The translations under genes were made by a program, and so were the position numbers. This document shows positions 18,387 through 28,996 of a stretch of 64,000 nucleotides of DNA, in pieces (within the stretch, counting starts at the first letter, position 1; each line of letters opens with the position of its first letter). The notes below the pieces were generated by a model. It ran no database searches, was not told the DNA's origin, and saw nothing but the letters and a program-made list of their open reading frames with translations. The stretch comes from an uncultured Mollicutes bacterium (GTDB lineage Bacteria; Bacillota_I; Bacilli_A; RF39; UBA660): contig CANTCS010000001.1 in the NCBI GenBank assembly GCA_947652375.1, positions 824 through 64,823 on the forward strand, given 5' to 3'.

Positions 18387-19121
18387 TTAATACTTAATGT
18401 CAACTAAATATAAGCCTTCGGGAGGAGCTGTTTTACTTGCTTTAGTACGGTCTTTGCTTTCTATAATTCCTGGAACCTCACTAGGATTAAGCTTATTTTC
18501 ACCTATTTTTATTAAAAGACCTACCATATTTCTAATTTGATAGCGTAAAAATCCATTACCGGAGAATTTAATTAATATTTTATTATTATCAATATTTTCT
18601 ATAGTCGCATCAAATATTGTCCTAATACAATTAATTTTTTCTTTGTTATCAGTAACAAAAGCTCTAAAATCATGAGTTCCAATAAAATATTTAATCGCAG
18701 TCTTCATGTTATCTATATTTAAAACATGATTATATTGAAAGACATAATTTCTTTCTAAAGGATTATATTCTCCTAAGTTCATAAGATAATGATAGGTTTT
18801 ACTTTTAACATTATATCGAGCATGAAAATCATTTGCTACTTCTTTTGTTTCTATTACATGTATATCTTTAGGTAAATTGCTGTTTAAAGCTCTTTTTAGT
18901 TTTTTTTCAGTTATTAAAATATCAACATCAGCATGGCCATATTGACATAAGGCATGAACACCTTTATCTGTTCTTCCCGTTGCAGTAAAAGGTGTTTTTC
19001 TTGCTGCATTTACTTTTTGCAAAGCCTCTTCTATATATTTTTGAATAGTATTTAAACCTTTTTGTGATTGATATCCTGAATAAGCAGTTCCATCGTATGC
19101 AAATTTTATTAAATAGCGCAT
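18387..19121 (-). CDS. truA: tRNA pseudouridine(38-40) synthase
   Basis: YDGTAYSGYQ, GRTDKGVHA, FHARY, GFLRYQIRNMVG, APPEGLYL. Confidence 0.97.
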   Translation of the reverse strand: MRYLIKFAYDGTAYSGYQSQKGLNTIQKYIEEALQKVNAARKTPFTATGRTDKGVHALCQYGHADVDILITEKKLKRALNSNLPKDIHVIETKEVANDFHARYNVKSKTYHYLMNLGEYNPLERNYVFQYNHVLNIDNMKTAIKYFIGTHDFRAFVTDNKEKINCIRTIFDATIENIDNNKILIKFSGNGFLRYQIRNMVGLLIKIGENKLNPSEVPGIIESKDRTKASKTAPPEGLYLVDIKY

Positions 19122-19138
19122 TTTTACCTCTTTACCTC

Positions 19139-19927
19139 CTATACATGTTTATATATATCCTTTATTATATCTCTTATATCTTTATGATATTCTAATTTTA
19201 CATTTTTTCTCTTTTTCGCAAGATATGTAAATTGTACTATTTCTGGAATTTGTATTTTATTTTTCTTTAAAAAATCAACTCTTTGAAATATATCTTGTGT
19301 GTTACCGTCAATTACAATTTGATCATTTTTAAATATTATTAATTTATTAGTATATTTATATAACATTGTACTGTCTTTACTAACAAAAATTATCATCTTT
19401 TTGTATTGTTCTTTAATTTTTTGTAATAGCATTAATAATTTCTTTTCATTTTTTATATCAAGATATTTAAAAGGTTCATTGATTATTATAATTTCAGGAT
19501 TTGCTAATAAGGAAATAGCTAGTTGAAGCAATTTTTTTTCTGATGAAGATAACGTCGAAATAGTTCTTTCTAAAATATTAGAATTTAAAGAAACAATTTT
19601 TAATGAATCTAAAATCTTTTTATTTGGATTTTTAATTTTTAAATTTTTTCTTCTAATTTCATATTCCATTAATTCATAAACTTTATCAAAATATAAATAT
19701 TCTAAATTTTCTTTAATAATTGAGAAAAATTTTTTAATTTGACTAAGATTATTTTTTGTAACTTCTTCATTATTAACAAATATTTTTCCTTTAAAAATAA
19801 TTTCTAAACTTAATATTTCTATTAATTTATGTCTATCTTGACCAGTTATACCGATAAAGTTTTCATTTGAAATAGATAAATTTACTATATTTTCTTTTAT
19901 TCGATAATCTTTTAGTTCTATTTCCAT
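19139..19927 (-). CDS. EcfA2-like ABC ATPase, degenerate
   Basis: Position before truA. LSSSE signature, Walker B IIIINEP; Walker A lost. Confidence 0.7.
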   Translation of the reverse strand: MEIELKDYRIKENIVNLSISNENFIGITGQDRHKLIEILSLEIIFKGKIFVNNEEVTKNNLSQIKKFFSIIKENLEYLYFDKVYELMEYEIRRKNLKIKNPNKKILDSLKIVSLNSNILERTISTLSSSEKKLLQLAISLLANPEIIIINEPFKYLDIKNEKKLLMLLQKIKEQYKKMIIFVSKDSTMLYKYTNKLIIFKNDQIVIDGNTQDIFQRVDFLKKNKIQIPEIVQFTYLAKKRKNVKLEYHKDIRDIIKDIYKHV

Positions 19928-20703
19928 AATTTTTCTATCATCCTATCTAAATTTAATTCAATTTCATTAACTAATTCATAGTCACGTAATTTTACAGAAA
20001 GATCTATCATAAAAGGAAGATTTAATCCAATTTTATTTAATATATTGTCTTTTTGAATTACTTCTAAGGGAGCTCCTTCTAAAATAATATTACCTTTATC
20101 TAAAATATATATATAGTCAGTATATAAGGAAAGGTTTAAATCTAAAGTTGTAATTATTAATGTTAAGCCATATTTTTCTCGATAAAGTTCAAAAAAATCA
20201 AATAATTTTTTAATTTCATTTTTATCAAAATAATTATTTATATCCTCAATTATTAAGATTTTTGGTTTATTTAAAAGCGATATAAATATTTGATATAGAA
20301 TAATTTCTTTTTTTGTTAATAATGTTGTTTCTTTTGTTAATATTTTCTTAATTTTTAAATTATTAATTAATAAAGTAATTAAATCATTATTCTCTTTTGT
20401 ATTATCTACTAAATATGAAAGTTCGTTTTCTAAATTTTTAGTAAAAAATAGAATTTCTTTAGGAAATATTGTCTGCATAATTTTTGTAAAGTCAGTTATT
20501 TTATAACTAGAAATTGGTTTATTTGCTATTTTAATATTTTCAAATTTTTCCTTAATATTTCTGTTTAATATTCTCATTAATGTAGTTTTGCCACTGTTAT
20601 TAGAACCTGAAATTGTTATAAACTTATTTTCTTCTATAGATAAAGAAATATCATTTATTATATCTTGATAAATTAATTTTTTAATTTCTATAATTTTACT
20701 CAT
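19918..20703 (-). CDS. EcfA1-like ABC ATPase, degenerate
   Basis: GSNNSGKTT; C-terminal GLNLPFMIDLSVKL...LWK typical of EcfA1; signature and H-loop lost. Confidence 0.75.
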   Translation of the reverse strand: MSKIIEIKKLIYQDIINDISLSIEENKFITISGSNNSGKTTLMRILNRNIKEKFENIKIANKPISSYKITDFTKIMQTIFPKEILFFTKNLENELSYLVDNTKENNDLITLLINNLKIKKILTKETTLLTKKEIILYQIFISLLNKPKILIIEDINNYFDKNEIKKLFDFFELYREKYGLTLIITTLDLNLSLYTDYIYILDKGNIILEGAPLEVIQKDNILNKIGLNLPFMIDLSVKLRDYELVNEIELNLDRMIEKLWK

Positions 20704-20730
20704 GAAGCCTCCTGATTTTGAAAGTAAATA

Positions 20731-21495
20731 CTAGTTGGATTTTCTTTTCTGTATTCTATAGGTTATACGTAAAAGCATTTTATCAGATAAAAATCTTGAG
20801 AAAAATTTAGCACATTTCATCTTAAATCCTGGAATTATAAGCATTTTCTTTTCGAACATTTTATCAATAGCATATCTTGCGACATATGTACTTCTTAAAG
20901 GCTTTATAGAGAATTTTACTCCTGCTACTTTATTAAAATTAGTAGCTACTGGTCCTGGGCATAAAACTGAAATGTTTACCTTGGTTTTTTTCTTTTTTTC
21001 TTCATAAAATAATGCTTCTGTTAGTTGATATATATATGATTTTGTTGCGTAATAAGTACTCATCAAAGGTCCTGGTTGAAAAGCTGCAGATGATGCAACA
21101 TTTAAGATATAAGTTTCTGTATTTCTTTTTTCCATATCTTTAACTAATGATTTTGTTAAGATATGTACTGCTTTTATATTTGTGTTTATTAATTCAAGGT
21201 CTTTATTTAAATCTGTATTAGTTAAGGGTCCGAAATCTCCTAATCCAGCATTATTTATTAATATATCAATATTTTCTTTTTTGGTTAAAAGACATAAATC
21301 TTTAACTCTTTGTTCATTTGAAAGGTCAGCAATTACAATTGTAACTTTAGTTGGCAATTGTTCTTGAATTTCTTCTAATTTATTTTTATTTCTAGCAACT
21401 AAAATTAATTCACATTTTTTTGTAGCTAGATATCGCGCCATATCTAGACCTATTCCTGAGGATGCTCCTGTGATTAATGCTTTCATTTTGGTCAT
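20731..21495 (-). CDS. Short-chain dehydrogenase/reductase
   Basis: ITGASSGIG, NNAG, YYATK. Confidence 0.93.
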   Translation of the reverse strand: MTKMKALITGASSGIGLDMARYLATKKCELILVARNKNKLEEIQEQLPTKVTIVIADLSNEQRVKDLCLLTKKENIDILINNAGLGDFGPLTNTDLNKDLELINTNIKAVHILTKSLVKDMEKRNTETYILNVASSAAFQPGPLMSTYYATKSYIYQLTEALFYEEKKKKTKVNISVLCPGPVATNFNKVAGVKFSIKPLRSTYVARYAIDKMFEKKMLIIPGFKMKCAKFFSRFLSDKMLLRITYRIQKRKSN

Positions 21496-21777
21496 TCCTT
21501 TCTTTTAAACTATTAATCATTTTGTTTTAATTATACCCTAATTTTCTATAATTTTAAAGTTTTTCATATAATAAATATTTGTAATTTTTTTTAAAAAGAA
21601 TAAGAAAAATATGATATTTAATTATTTCTAAATATTAAAAATCTATAATTAAAACTTTTAATCGAATAGATAAGAGATTATAAAATTTTTTTGAAATTTA
21701 ATGGATTTAGTTATTAAAATAAGTTTTTAAGTTAAGTATAAATATTATTATATAAAAGTATTGATTTTCAATAAAGA

Positions 21778-21806
21778 AAAACATTTCAAAATTGATGAAA
21801 TGTTTT
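21778..21806 (-). terminator. Terminator of the ribosomal superoperon
   Basis: AAAACATTTCA...TGAAATGTTTT after rplQ. Confidence 0.7.
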
Positions 21807-21811
21807 ATATC

Positions 21812-22216
21812 TTATTTAGTTTCTTCTTTTTTTTCTAATTTTTTTTGTGATTTAGCTTCTTCAGATTTTGTTTCTTCAACTAATCTTAAAATAACCATTA
21901 GAGCATCGTCGCCACGTCTTTCTGATAATTTTAAGATTTGAGTATATCCACCATTACGATTTTCATAGCGTTTTGCTAAATCATTGAATATTTTATCAAC
22001 AACTTTTTTATCATTATGTAAAAATGCTAATGCTTTTCGACGTGAAACTAAATCACCTTTTTTTCCGTAAGTTATCATTTTATCAACAAATTTACGTAGT
22101 TCTTTGGCTCTAGTTTCTGTAGTTGTAATACTTTCATTTTCAACTACTTGTTTTGTCATTGTTGCAAGCATGCTTCTTCTATGTTTATTATCTCTACCTA
22201 GTTTTCTATATGCCAT
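21812..22216 (-). CDS. rplQ: 50S ribosomal protein L17
   Basis: [29 protein letters not shown]. Confidence 0.98.
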   Translation of the reverse strand: MAYRKLGRDNKHRRSMLATMTKQVVENESITTTETRAKELRKFVDKMITYGKKGDLVSRRKALAFLHNDKKVVDKIFNDLAKRYENRNGGYTQILKLSERRGDDALMVILRLVEETKSEEAKSQKKLEKKEETK

Positions 22217-22233
22217 TGTTATTCCTCCTTATC

Positions 22234-23184
22234 TTAGTCTTCATCACGTAAAATTAAGCCCATATCTCTTATTTTATCTAAAACTTCTTTAAGAGATTTT
22301 TTACCTAAGTTACGAATTTTCATCATATCAGATTCACTTTTATTAACAAGATCTTGTAAAGTGTGAATACCTGCTCTTTTTAAGCAATTATATGCTCTAA
22401 CTGAGAAATCTAAATCTTCAATTGAAGTTTCTAAAGCTTTTACCTTAGGATCTTCAGTTTTTTCAATCATCATTCCACTTACATCTGCAATAGATGATAA
22501 ATCTGTTACTATTTGTAGATGTTCAATTAGAATGCGTGATGCTAATGCGATTGCTTCTTCTGGTTTAATTGAACCATTTGTCCATACATCTAGGATTAAT
22601 TTATCATAACTTTCATCTTGTCCTACACGTGCATTCCCTACTTCATAGGAAACTCTTTCTATAGGAGAATACAATGAATCTATTGCAATGTCTCCAGCTT
22701 GTTTAAGCTCATATATTTTTTTATTATCTTCACTTCTAACATATCCACGACCATTTGTTATAGTCATTTCCATATTAAATGTTGCACCCTTTGATAAGGT
22801 ACAGATAACTTTATCTGGATTAATAACTTCTATATCTGCATCATGTTCAATATCAGCAGCTGTTACTTCTCCTTCTTTTGAAACATTTATTCGTACAACT
22901 TTTGCTTCTGTTGAATGATTTTTAAATACTAATCCTTTTAAATTTAAAATGATTGTAGTTACATCTTCATATACACCTTCAATAGTTTGAAATTCATGAT
23001 GAACTCCTTCAATTTTTATACTACTAATAGCGCTTCCTGGTAGAGAAGATAATAATACTCTTCTTAAAGCATTTCCTATAGTTGTACCAAATCCTCTTTC
23101 TAATGGTTCTAGTTCGAATCTTCCATAAAAATTACTTTCTATAGAATCAGTTATTTTATAAATTGGTTTTTCAAATTGCAACAT
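22234..23184 (-). CDS. rpoA: RNA polymerase alpha subunit
   Basis: EPLERGFGTTIGNALRRVLLSSLPG; SVRAYNCLKRAGI. Confidence 0.99.
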   Translation of the reverse strand: MLQFEKPIYKITDSIESNFYGRFELEPLERGFGTTIGNALRRVLLSSLPGSAISSIKIEGVHHEFQTIEGVYEDVTTIILNLKGLVFKNHSTEAKVVRINVSKEGEVTAADIEHDADIEVINPDKVICTLSKGATFNMEMTITNGRGYVRSEDNKKIYELKQAGDIAIDSLYSPIERVSYEVGNARVGQDESYDKLILDVWTNGSIKPEEAIALASRILIEHLQIVTDLSSIADVSGMMIEKTEDPKVKALETSIEDLDFSVRAYNCLKRAGIHTLQDLVNKSESDMMKIRNLGKKSLKEVLDKIRDMGLILRDED

Positions 23185-23230
23185 GAAACTAACCTCCCTT
23201 TACTTTTTTTCACAAACTTTATTCTACTTA

Positions 23231-23614
23231 TTATCCACGTGGACGTTTTGGTGGACGACATCCATTATGTGGGATTGGTGTAACATCAACTATAGATGTT
23301 ACTTCTAATCCTGCAGTTTGTAACGAACGAATTGCTGTTTCACGACCTGGACCTAAACCTTTAACGCGAACTTCAACTTTACGCATTCCCATATCATAGG
23401 CAGCTTTTCCTGCTGCTTCTGCAGCCATTCCAGCAGCGAATGGAGTTGATTTTTTACTACCTTTAAATCCGATAGCTCCAGATGATGCCCAACTTACTAC
23501 ATTACCATCCTTATCTGTTAGTGTAGTTATTGTGTTGTTAAATGTTGAATGAATATGAGCCATACCTTCTGGTACATTCTTTTTTACTTTTTTCTTTCTA
23601 GTTTTATATGCCAT
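23231..23614 (-). CDS. rpsK: 30S ribosomal protein S11
   Basis: [22 protein letters not shown]. Confidence 0.99.
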   Translation of the reverse strand: MAYKTRKKKVKKNVPEGMAHIHSTFNNTITTLTDKDGNVVSWASSGAIGFKGSKKSTPFAAGMAAEAAGKAAYDMGMRKVEVRVKGLGPGRETAIRSLQTAGLEVTSIVDVTPIPHNGCRPPKRPRG

Positions 23615-23646
23615 AAGTCTTACCTCCTTTTATATTTACAATTTAA

Positions 23647-24018
23647 CTAAGCAGCTTTTTTCTTATTTGCTACAGTCTTTCCTTTACCCTTACGAGTACG
23701 AGCATTACGATTAGTTCTTTGTCCTCTTACAGGTAATCCTCTTTTATGACGAGTTCCTTCGTATGAGTTAATTTCCATCTTAGTTTTGATGTTCATACTA
23801 ACTTCACGACGTAAGTCACCTTCTGTTAAATATTTATTAATTTCATCACGAATTTTAATTAAATCGTCTTGTTTTAAATCTTTTGTTGTTGTAGTTGGAT
23901 CAATGTCAACTGCTTTTAATATTTGTTTTGCTAAACTTCTTCCAATACCATAAATGTAAGTTAATGAAATACAAATATGTTTATTATTTGGAATATCTAC
24001 ACCTTTAATACGTGCCAT
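23647..24018 (-). CDS. rpsM: 30S ribosomal protein S13
   Basis: [25 protein letters not shown]. Confidence 0.99.
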   Translation of the reverse strand: MARIKGVDIPNNKHICISLTYIYGIGRSLAKQILKAVDIDPTTTTKDLKQDDLIKIRDEINKYLTEGDLRREVSMNIKTKMEINSYEGTRHKRGLPVRGQRTNRNARTRKGKGKTVANKKKAA

Positions 24019-24033
24019 TTATTACACCTCCTA

Positions 24034-24147
24034 TTAACCTTGTCTTTGCTTGTGTTTTGGATTTTCACAAATTATTCTTATTTTTCCTTTGCGCTTAATT
24101 ACTTTACATTTTTCGCAAATTGGTTTAACTGATGCTTTAACTTTCAT
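24034..24147 (-). CDS. rpmJ: 50S ribosomal protein L36 (Zn-ribbon type); not in ORF track
   Basis: Manual translation [37 protein letters not shown]; SD GGAGG. Confidence 0.98.
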   Translation of the reverse strand: MKVKASVKPICEKCKVIKRKGKIRIICENPKHKQRQG

Positions 24148-24161
24148 ATTTTTCCCTCCTA

Positions 24162-24377
24162 TTATTTACGATAGGTAATACGCCCACGTGTTAAATCATA
24201 AGGCGTTAGTTCTATCATTACGGTATCTCCTGCTAAGATGCGAATATAATTCATTCGTATTTTACCAGAAACGTGAGCTTCCACAATGTGTCCATTTTCT
24301 AATTGAACTTTGAATTTACCTCCTGGGATAAGTTCAAGAACTTTACCTTCCATTTCAATTGTATCTTTTTTAGCCAT
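24162..24377 (-). CDS. infA: Translation initiation factor IF-1
   Basis: [33 protein letters not shown]. Confidence 0.99.
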   Translation of the reverse strand: MAKKDTIEMEGKVLELIPGGKFKVQLENGHIVEAHVSGKIRMNYIRILAGDTVMIELTPYDLTRGRITYRK

Positions 24378-24381
24378 CTTT

Positions 24382-24422
24382 TCACTCTCCTGTCAGAAAT
24401 TATATCCATCGGCAGTTGATAC
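24382..24422 (-). pseudogene. map: Frameshifted 3' remnant of methionine aminopeptidase (map)
   Basis: Minus strand reads V-S-T-A-D-G-Y-[5 nt]-L-T-G-E-TGA, matching the MetAP C-terminus (VT.DGYEILT), at the adk-map-infA position. Confidence 0.55.
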
Positions 24423-24446
24423 TTAATCGATGGAATGTATCCTTCT

Positions 24447-24473
24447 AAAGAAGGTATTTGTAATACCTTCTTT
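24447..24473. repeat. Perfect 12-bp inverted repeat in adk-infA spacer
   Basis: AAAGAAGGTATT-tgt-AATACCTTCTTT. Confidence 0.8.
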
Positions 24474-24501
24474 GTACATTAAGATACTACTTTTTGATAC
24501 A

Positions 24502-25155
24502 TTATTTATTTATAATTTTTTCAATTTCAGTAAAAATATTTTCGATAGAGTTGTCTCCATTAATTTCGAATAATACTTTTTTCTTTTTATAATGCTTAAT
24601 TATTGGTTCGGTTTTTTCTTGATACATAGCATATCTTGTTTGAAATGCTTCAAGATTATCATCACTTCTTTGATAAAGTTTTCCACCACAATAATCGCAA
24701 ATAGAATCAATTTTTGGAGAACTGTTTTCATCATTTATATTGTAAATAGTTTTACAATTCTCACAAATTCTTCTTCCTGTAATTCTTTTTTCTAATATTT
24801 TTTTATCAATATTTATCCAAATTACATTACCAATTTCATATCCTAATTTTTTTAGAATATTATCATACTCATAGGCTTGCTCGATATTACGAGGAAAACC
24901 ATCAATTATAAATCCTTTTTTACAATCTTTTTGTCTTAGTCTATCTTCTATTAATTGATAAGTAATTTCATCTTTTACTAGCTTACCGCTAGCTAAAGTT
25001 TCATAAATATAATTTCCTAATTCACTATCTTCTTTAGATATATTTCGTAAAATATCTCCTGTAGAAATGTGAGGAATATCATATTTACCTTCCACTAGTT
25101 CAGCTTGTGTTCCTTTACCAGCCGCTGGTGGAGCTATAAACATAATGTTTTTCAT
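24502..25155 (-). CDS. adk: Adenylate kinase (Zn lid)
   Basis: PPAAGKGTQ, HISTGDILR, DGFPR, CxxC..CxxC lid, QRSDD. Confidence 0.97.
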   Translation of the reverse strand: MKNIMFIAPPAAGKGTQAELVEGKYDIPHISTGDILRNISKEDSELGNYIYETLASGKLVKDEITYQLIEDRLRQKDCKKGFIIDGFPRNIEQAYEYDNILKKLGYEIGNVIWINIDKKILEKRITGRRICENCKTIYNINDENSSPKIDSICDYCGGKLYQRSDDNLEAFQTRYAMYQEKTEPIIKHYKKKKVLFEINGDNSIENIFTEIEKIINK

Positions 25156-25157
25156 AA

Positions 25158-26429
25158 TTACCTTCTACTATAACCTCTTTTATAACTTCTAGTTAATATA
25201 CTTCCTTCTAATTGTTTGTATGTTTCAAGTGCTACTCCAACAACAATTAGTAATCCTGTACCTCCAATTGATACAGATGTAGGTAAGCTAGTTAGTTTTG
25301 AAAATAAAATTGGAAGTCCAGCTATTATTGATAAAAATGTAGCTCCAAGAATTGTTAATCTTGATAAAATTCTATTAACATATTGTTTTGTTTCTTCTCC
25401 TGGTCTAATTCCTGGAATATATCCTCCGTTATCTTGTAAATTTTTTGCAAACTCTTCTGGTTTTAATTGAATAAATGTATAAAAGTATGCAAAGAAAAAT
25501 ATAAAGATAACATATAATGTGAAACCTACTGGTGTTGTATAATTAAGATATTTCTGTACTACAACTGTAAATCCATCCTTATTTATTACTTGTGCAATAA
25601 TACTTGGAATAGATAATAAGCTTGATGCAAATATTACTGGAATTACTCCTGCAGAATTAATTTTGATTGGCATAAAGCTTTGAGAAGCTCCATATGCACT
25701 TGTTGATTTATTAGCATATTGAATAGGAATTCTTCTTTCTGATTCTTGAACGAAGATAATACCAATTATTATTGCAAAATAAACAATGATAAATAGTAAA
25801 AATTTTATTATTCCTAAAGTAATCACTTGAGTAGTTCCATCTAAAACAACTAAACCATTAAAAGCATCAATAAACATTTGTGGTAATGTGGCAATAATAC
25901 CTGCCATAATAATTAAACTTTGACCATTACCAATTCCTTTTTGACTTATCTGGTCACCCATCCATAATAGTAGTGAAGTTCCAGCTGTTAAAACTGTTGC
26001 TATATACATATATTGCATTGGATTTCCTGTTTTACCAATAAAGGCAAAAGCAAGAGCATAACCTTCCACAAAGGCAAAGGCAATTCCTACATATCTTGTT
26101 ATTTGATTTATTTTTTGATGCCCTGTATGCCCTTGTTTTCTAAGTTCTGTAAAATATGGAATAATATCCATTTGTAATAACTGCATAATTATTGATGCTG
26201 TTATATATGGCATTACTCCTAATGCAAATATAGAGAAATTTTTAAGTGCTCCACCACCAATTGTATTTATTAATTCTAAAAACCCTAAATTTTTAGTTAA
26301 GTTTTCTGTTCCAGGAACTCTTATTGATATACCTAATATAAAAACTGTTAATGCTATTAAAGTAAAGTAAATTCTGTGTCGTAAATCTTTATTTCCAGAA
26401 GTAAATAATTGCTTCATAGTTTTAAACAT
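25158..26429 (-). CDS. secY: Preprotein translocase SecY
   Basis: SIFALGVMPYITASII, IPGIRPG, GGTGLLIVVGVALET. Confidence 0.99.
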   Translation of the reverse strand: MFKTMKQLFTSGNKDLRHRIYFTLIALTVFILGISIRVPGTENLTKNLGFLELINTIGGGALKNFSIFALGVMPYITASIIMQLLQMDIIPYFTELRKQGHTGHQKINQITRYVGIAFAFVEGYALAFAFIGKTGNPMQYMYIATVLTAGTSLLLWMGDQISQKGIGNGQSLIIMAGIIATLPQMFIDAFNGLVVLDGTTQVITLGIIKFLLFIIVYFAIIIGIIFVQESERRIPIQYANKSTSAYGASQSFMPIKINSAGVIPVIFASSLLSIPSIIAQVINKDGFTVVVQKYLNYTTPVGFTLYVIFIFFFAYFYTFIQLKPEEFAKNLQDNGGYIPGIRPGEETKQYVNRILSRLTILGATFLSIIAGLPILFSKLTSLPTSVSIGGTGLLIVVGVALETYKQLEGSILTRSYKRGYSRR

Positions 26430-26430
26430 T

Positions 26431-26874
26431 TTAGATCACCTCAGCTTTACTTCCTGCCTCTTTAATCTTTTCTAACGCACTAGCTGAAAATTTATTAGCT
26501 TGAATAGTTAATTTCTTTTCTAATTTTCCATTTCCTAGTACTTTAATTCCATCTAATTGTTTTTTTACTAATCCAGTATCTTTTAATAATGCAGGTGTAA
26601 TTAATGTTCCATTTTCAAAAACATTTAAATCTTCAACATTTATAACTGCATATACTGTTTTAAATTTAGCATTTGAGAATCCTCTTTTTGGAATTCTTCT
26701 ATATAATGGTAATTGTCCACCTTCAAATACTGGATTGATACTACCACCACTACGTGCTTTTTGTCCTTTTTGTCCGCGTCCACTTGTTTTACCAAGACCA
26801 CTACCTGGACCACGTCCTACACGTTTCTTTTTATGAGTAGCACCGATATTTTTTTCTAATTCATGTAATTTCAT
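26431..26874 (-). CDS. rplO: 50S ribosomal protein L15
   Basis: [22 protein letters not shown]; FEGGQLPL. Confidence 0.99.
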   Translation of the reverse strand: MKLHELEKNIGATHKKKRVGRGPGSGLGKTSGRGQKGQKARSGGSINPVFEGGQLPLYRRIPKRGFSNAKFKTVYAVINVEDLNVFENGTLITPALLKDTGLVKKQLDGIKVLGNGKLEKKLTIQANKFSASALEKIKEAGSKAEVI

Positions 26875-27383
26875 TATCCTAATATCTCCTCTACTGTTTT
26901 ACCACGAAGTGCTGCTACTTGCTCTGGAGTCTTAATAGACTTTAAGGCATTCATTGCAGCTCTTGCCATGTTTAATTTTGTTCTTGCTCCTAGTGATTTA
27001 GAAACAACATCACGAATTCCTGCTAATTCTAAGATTGCACGAACTGATCCACCAGCAATAACACCAGTACCTGCTGATGCAGGTTTGATGATTACTCTAG
27101 CAGCTCCTGCTGTTCCAATTGCTTCATGCGCAACTGTTCTTCCATCGATTAGAGGTATTGTGATAATATTCTTATTTGCATCTTGTAATGCTTTTTTGAT
27201 TGCATCAGGTACTTCATTTGCTTTACCAATACCTAATCCAACTTTTCCTTTACGATCTCCAACTACAACTGTTGCAGAATATCTTCTTTGACGTCCACCT
27301 TTGTTAACTTTAACAACACTTTTAACATCAATTACTAATTCTTCAAATAGTTTTTCTTTAGAGTCACGAGTTCTTTTTTGCAT
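26874..27383 (-). CDS. rpsE: 30S ribosomal protein S5
   Basis: [25 protein letters not shown]. Confidence 0.99.
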   Translation of the reverse strand: MQKRTRDSKEKLFEELVIDVKSVVKVNKGGRQRRYSATVVVGDRKGKVGLGIGKANEVPDAIKKALQDANKNIITIPLIDGRTVAHEAIGTAGAARVIIKPASAGTGVIAGGSVRAILELAGIRDVVSKSLGARTKLNMARAAMNALKSIKTPEQVAALRGKTVEEILG

Positions 27384-27395
27384 ATTACCCTCCTA

Positions 27396-27758
27396 TTAGA
27401 ATTCTAATCCATTTTCACGTGCAGCTTCTGCTAAAGCTTTAACACGTCCATGATATAGGTATCCACCTCTATCAAATACTACTTTTGTAATTTTAGCTTG
27501 TTTTGCATTGTCAGCGATTGCTTTACCAACAATTTTAGCTGCTTCTACATTGCTTCCATTTTTGATTTTTAAATCTTTATCTAATGAAGAAGCTGATACA
27601 AGAGTAGTTCTAGTTTCATCATCTATGATTTGTGCATAAATTCCAGTATTAGAACGGAATACACATAATCTTGGTACTGCGCTTGTACCCATCAAAGTTT
27701 TACGAATTCTTTCATGACGAGCAACACGCATACTATTACGAGATTCTTTTTTAATCAT
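27396..27758 (-). CDS. rplR: 50S ribosomal protein L18
   Basis: [32 protein letters not shown]. Confidence 0.99.
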   Translation of the reverse strand: MIKKESRNSMRVARHERIRKTLMGTSAVPRLCVFRSNTGIYAQIIDDETRTTLVSASSLDKDLKIKNGSNVEAAKIVGKAIADNAKQAKITKVVFDRGGYLYHGRVKALAEAARENGLEF

Positions 27759-27782
27759 AATTTATTCTCCCTTCCTACTTTA

Positions 27783-28313
27783 TTAAGCAGCTTTCTTTCC
27801 TTCTTTACGATGAATATGTTCATCTTTGTAACGGATTCCCTTACCTTTATATGGTTCAGGTGGTCTAACTTTTCTAACATTTGCTGCAAATTCTCCAACT
27901 AAAACTTTATCAATTCCTTTAATAGTTATTTCAGTATTTCCATTTGCTTCTACTGTTAATCCTGCTGGTACTTCCATATTTACTGGATGTGAAAAACCAG
28001 CATTAATAGTTAGTTTATTTCCTTGTACATTGAAACGATAACCTACACCAATTATTTCTAAAGTTTTTTCATATCCTTTAGTTACACCTATTATCATATT
28101 TTGAATTAAAGCATTCATTGTACCATGCATAGCTTTAGCATTTTCATTTTTACGTTCTAAAGTTATTTGATTATCAATTTGCTTCATTGTAATATCTTTT
28201 AACATTGGTTGTTGTAAAGATCCTTTAGGTCCTTTTACAGTTACAACATTATCGATATTTTCAACAGTAACACCTTCGGGTACTGTAATAATACGATTTC
28301 CAATACGGCTCAT
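27783..28313 (-). CDS. rplF: 50S ribosomal protein L6
   Basis: MSRIG, RPPEPYKGKGIRY. Confidence 0.99.
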   Translation of the reverse strand: MSRIGNRIITVPEGVTVENIDNVVTVKGPKGSLQQPMLKDITMKQIDNQITLERKNENAKAMHGTMNALIQNMIIGVTKGYEKTLEIIGVGYRFNVQGNKLTINAGFSHPVNMEVPAGLTVEANGNTEITIKGIDKVLVGEFAANVRKVRPPEPYKGKGIRYKDEHIHRKEGKKAA

Positions 28314-28374
28314 ATTGACACCTCCTATTTCATTTTAAATTAACCGCAATTAAAATTTTTGCGTTTTTCAAATT

Positions 28375-28776
28375 CTACCAAATATAAGCTAGAACTTCTC
28401 CACCTATATTTTGTTTACGAGCTTCTTTATCTGTCATAATTCCTTTTGATGTTGAAATGATTGCTATTCCTAATCCATTAAGAACTTTTGGAATTTCATC
28501 ATTTTTAGCATATACACGAAGTCCTGGTTTGGAAATTCTTTTTAGACCAGTGATAACTCTTTCTTTTTTATCTGTGTATTTTAAAGTTAGATTAATTATT
28601 CCTTGAGTATCATCACTGTCAATTTTATAATCTTTAATAAATCCTTCTTCTTTTAAAATTCTAGCAATTTCTTTTTTGATGTTAGAAGCTGGAACTTTTA
28701 CATTTTCATAACGCATTTGATTAGCATTACGAATTCTTGTTAACATATCTGCAATTGTATCTGTTACTACTGCCAT
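28375..28776 (-). CDS. rpsH: 30S ribosomal protein S8 (start re-called at 28776)
   Basis: [30 protein letters not shown]; SD GGAGGAG before ATG 28776. Confidence 0.98.
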   Translation of the reverse strand: MAVVTDTIADMLTRIRNANQMRYENVKVPASNIKKEIARILKEEGFIKDYKIDSDDTQGIINLTLKYTDKKERVITGLKRISKPGLRVYAKNDEIPKVLNGLGIAIISTSKGIMTDKEARKQNIGGEVLAYIW

Positions 28777-28796
28777 AATAAACTCCTCCTTTCCAA

Positions 28797-28982
28797 TTAC
28801 CAACTTGATTTCTTAATTCCTGGTATTTGTCCTTTATAAGCTAATTCACGGAAGCAAATACGGCAGATTCCGAATTTACTCATAACTGCGTGGGGACGAC
28901 CACAACGAGAACATCTTGTATATTCACGCACTTTATATTTTTGTGGTCTATTAGCCTTTACTATCATACTTTTCTTTGCCAT
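28797..28982 (-). CDS. rpsN: 30S ribosomal protein S14 type Z (Zn-binding)
   Basis: 61 aa, CSRCGR...CRICFRE. Confidence 0.98.
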   Translation of the reverse strand: MAKKSMIVKANRPQKYKVREYTRCSRCGRPHAVMSKFGICRICFRELAYKGQIPGIKKSSW

Positions 28983-28996
28983 AATATTCCTCCCAT

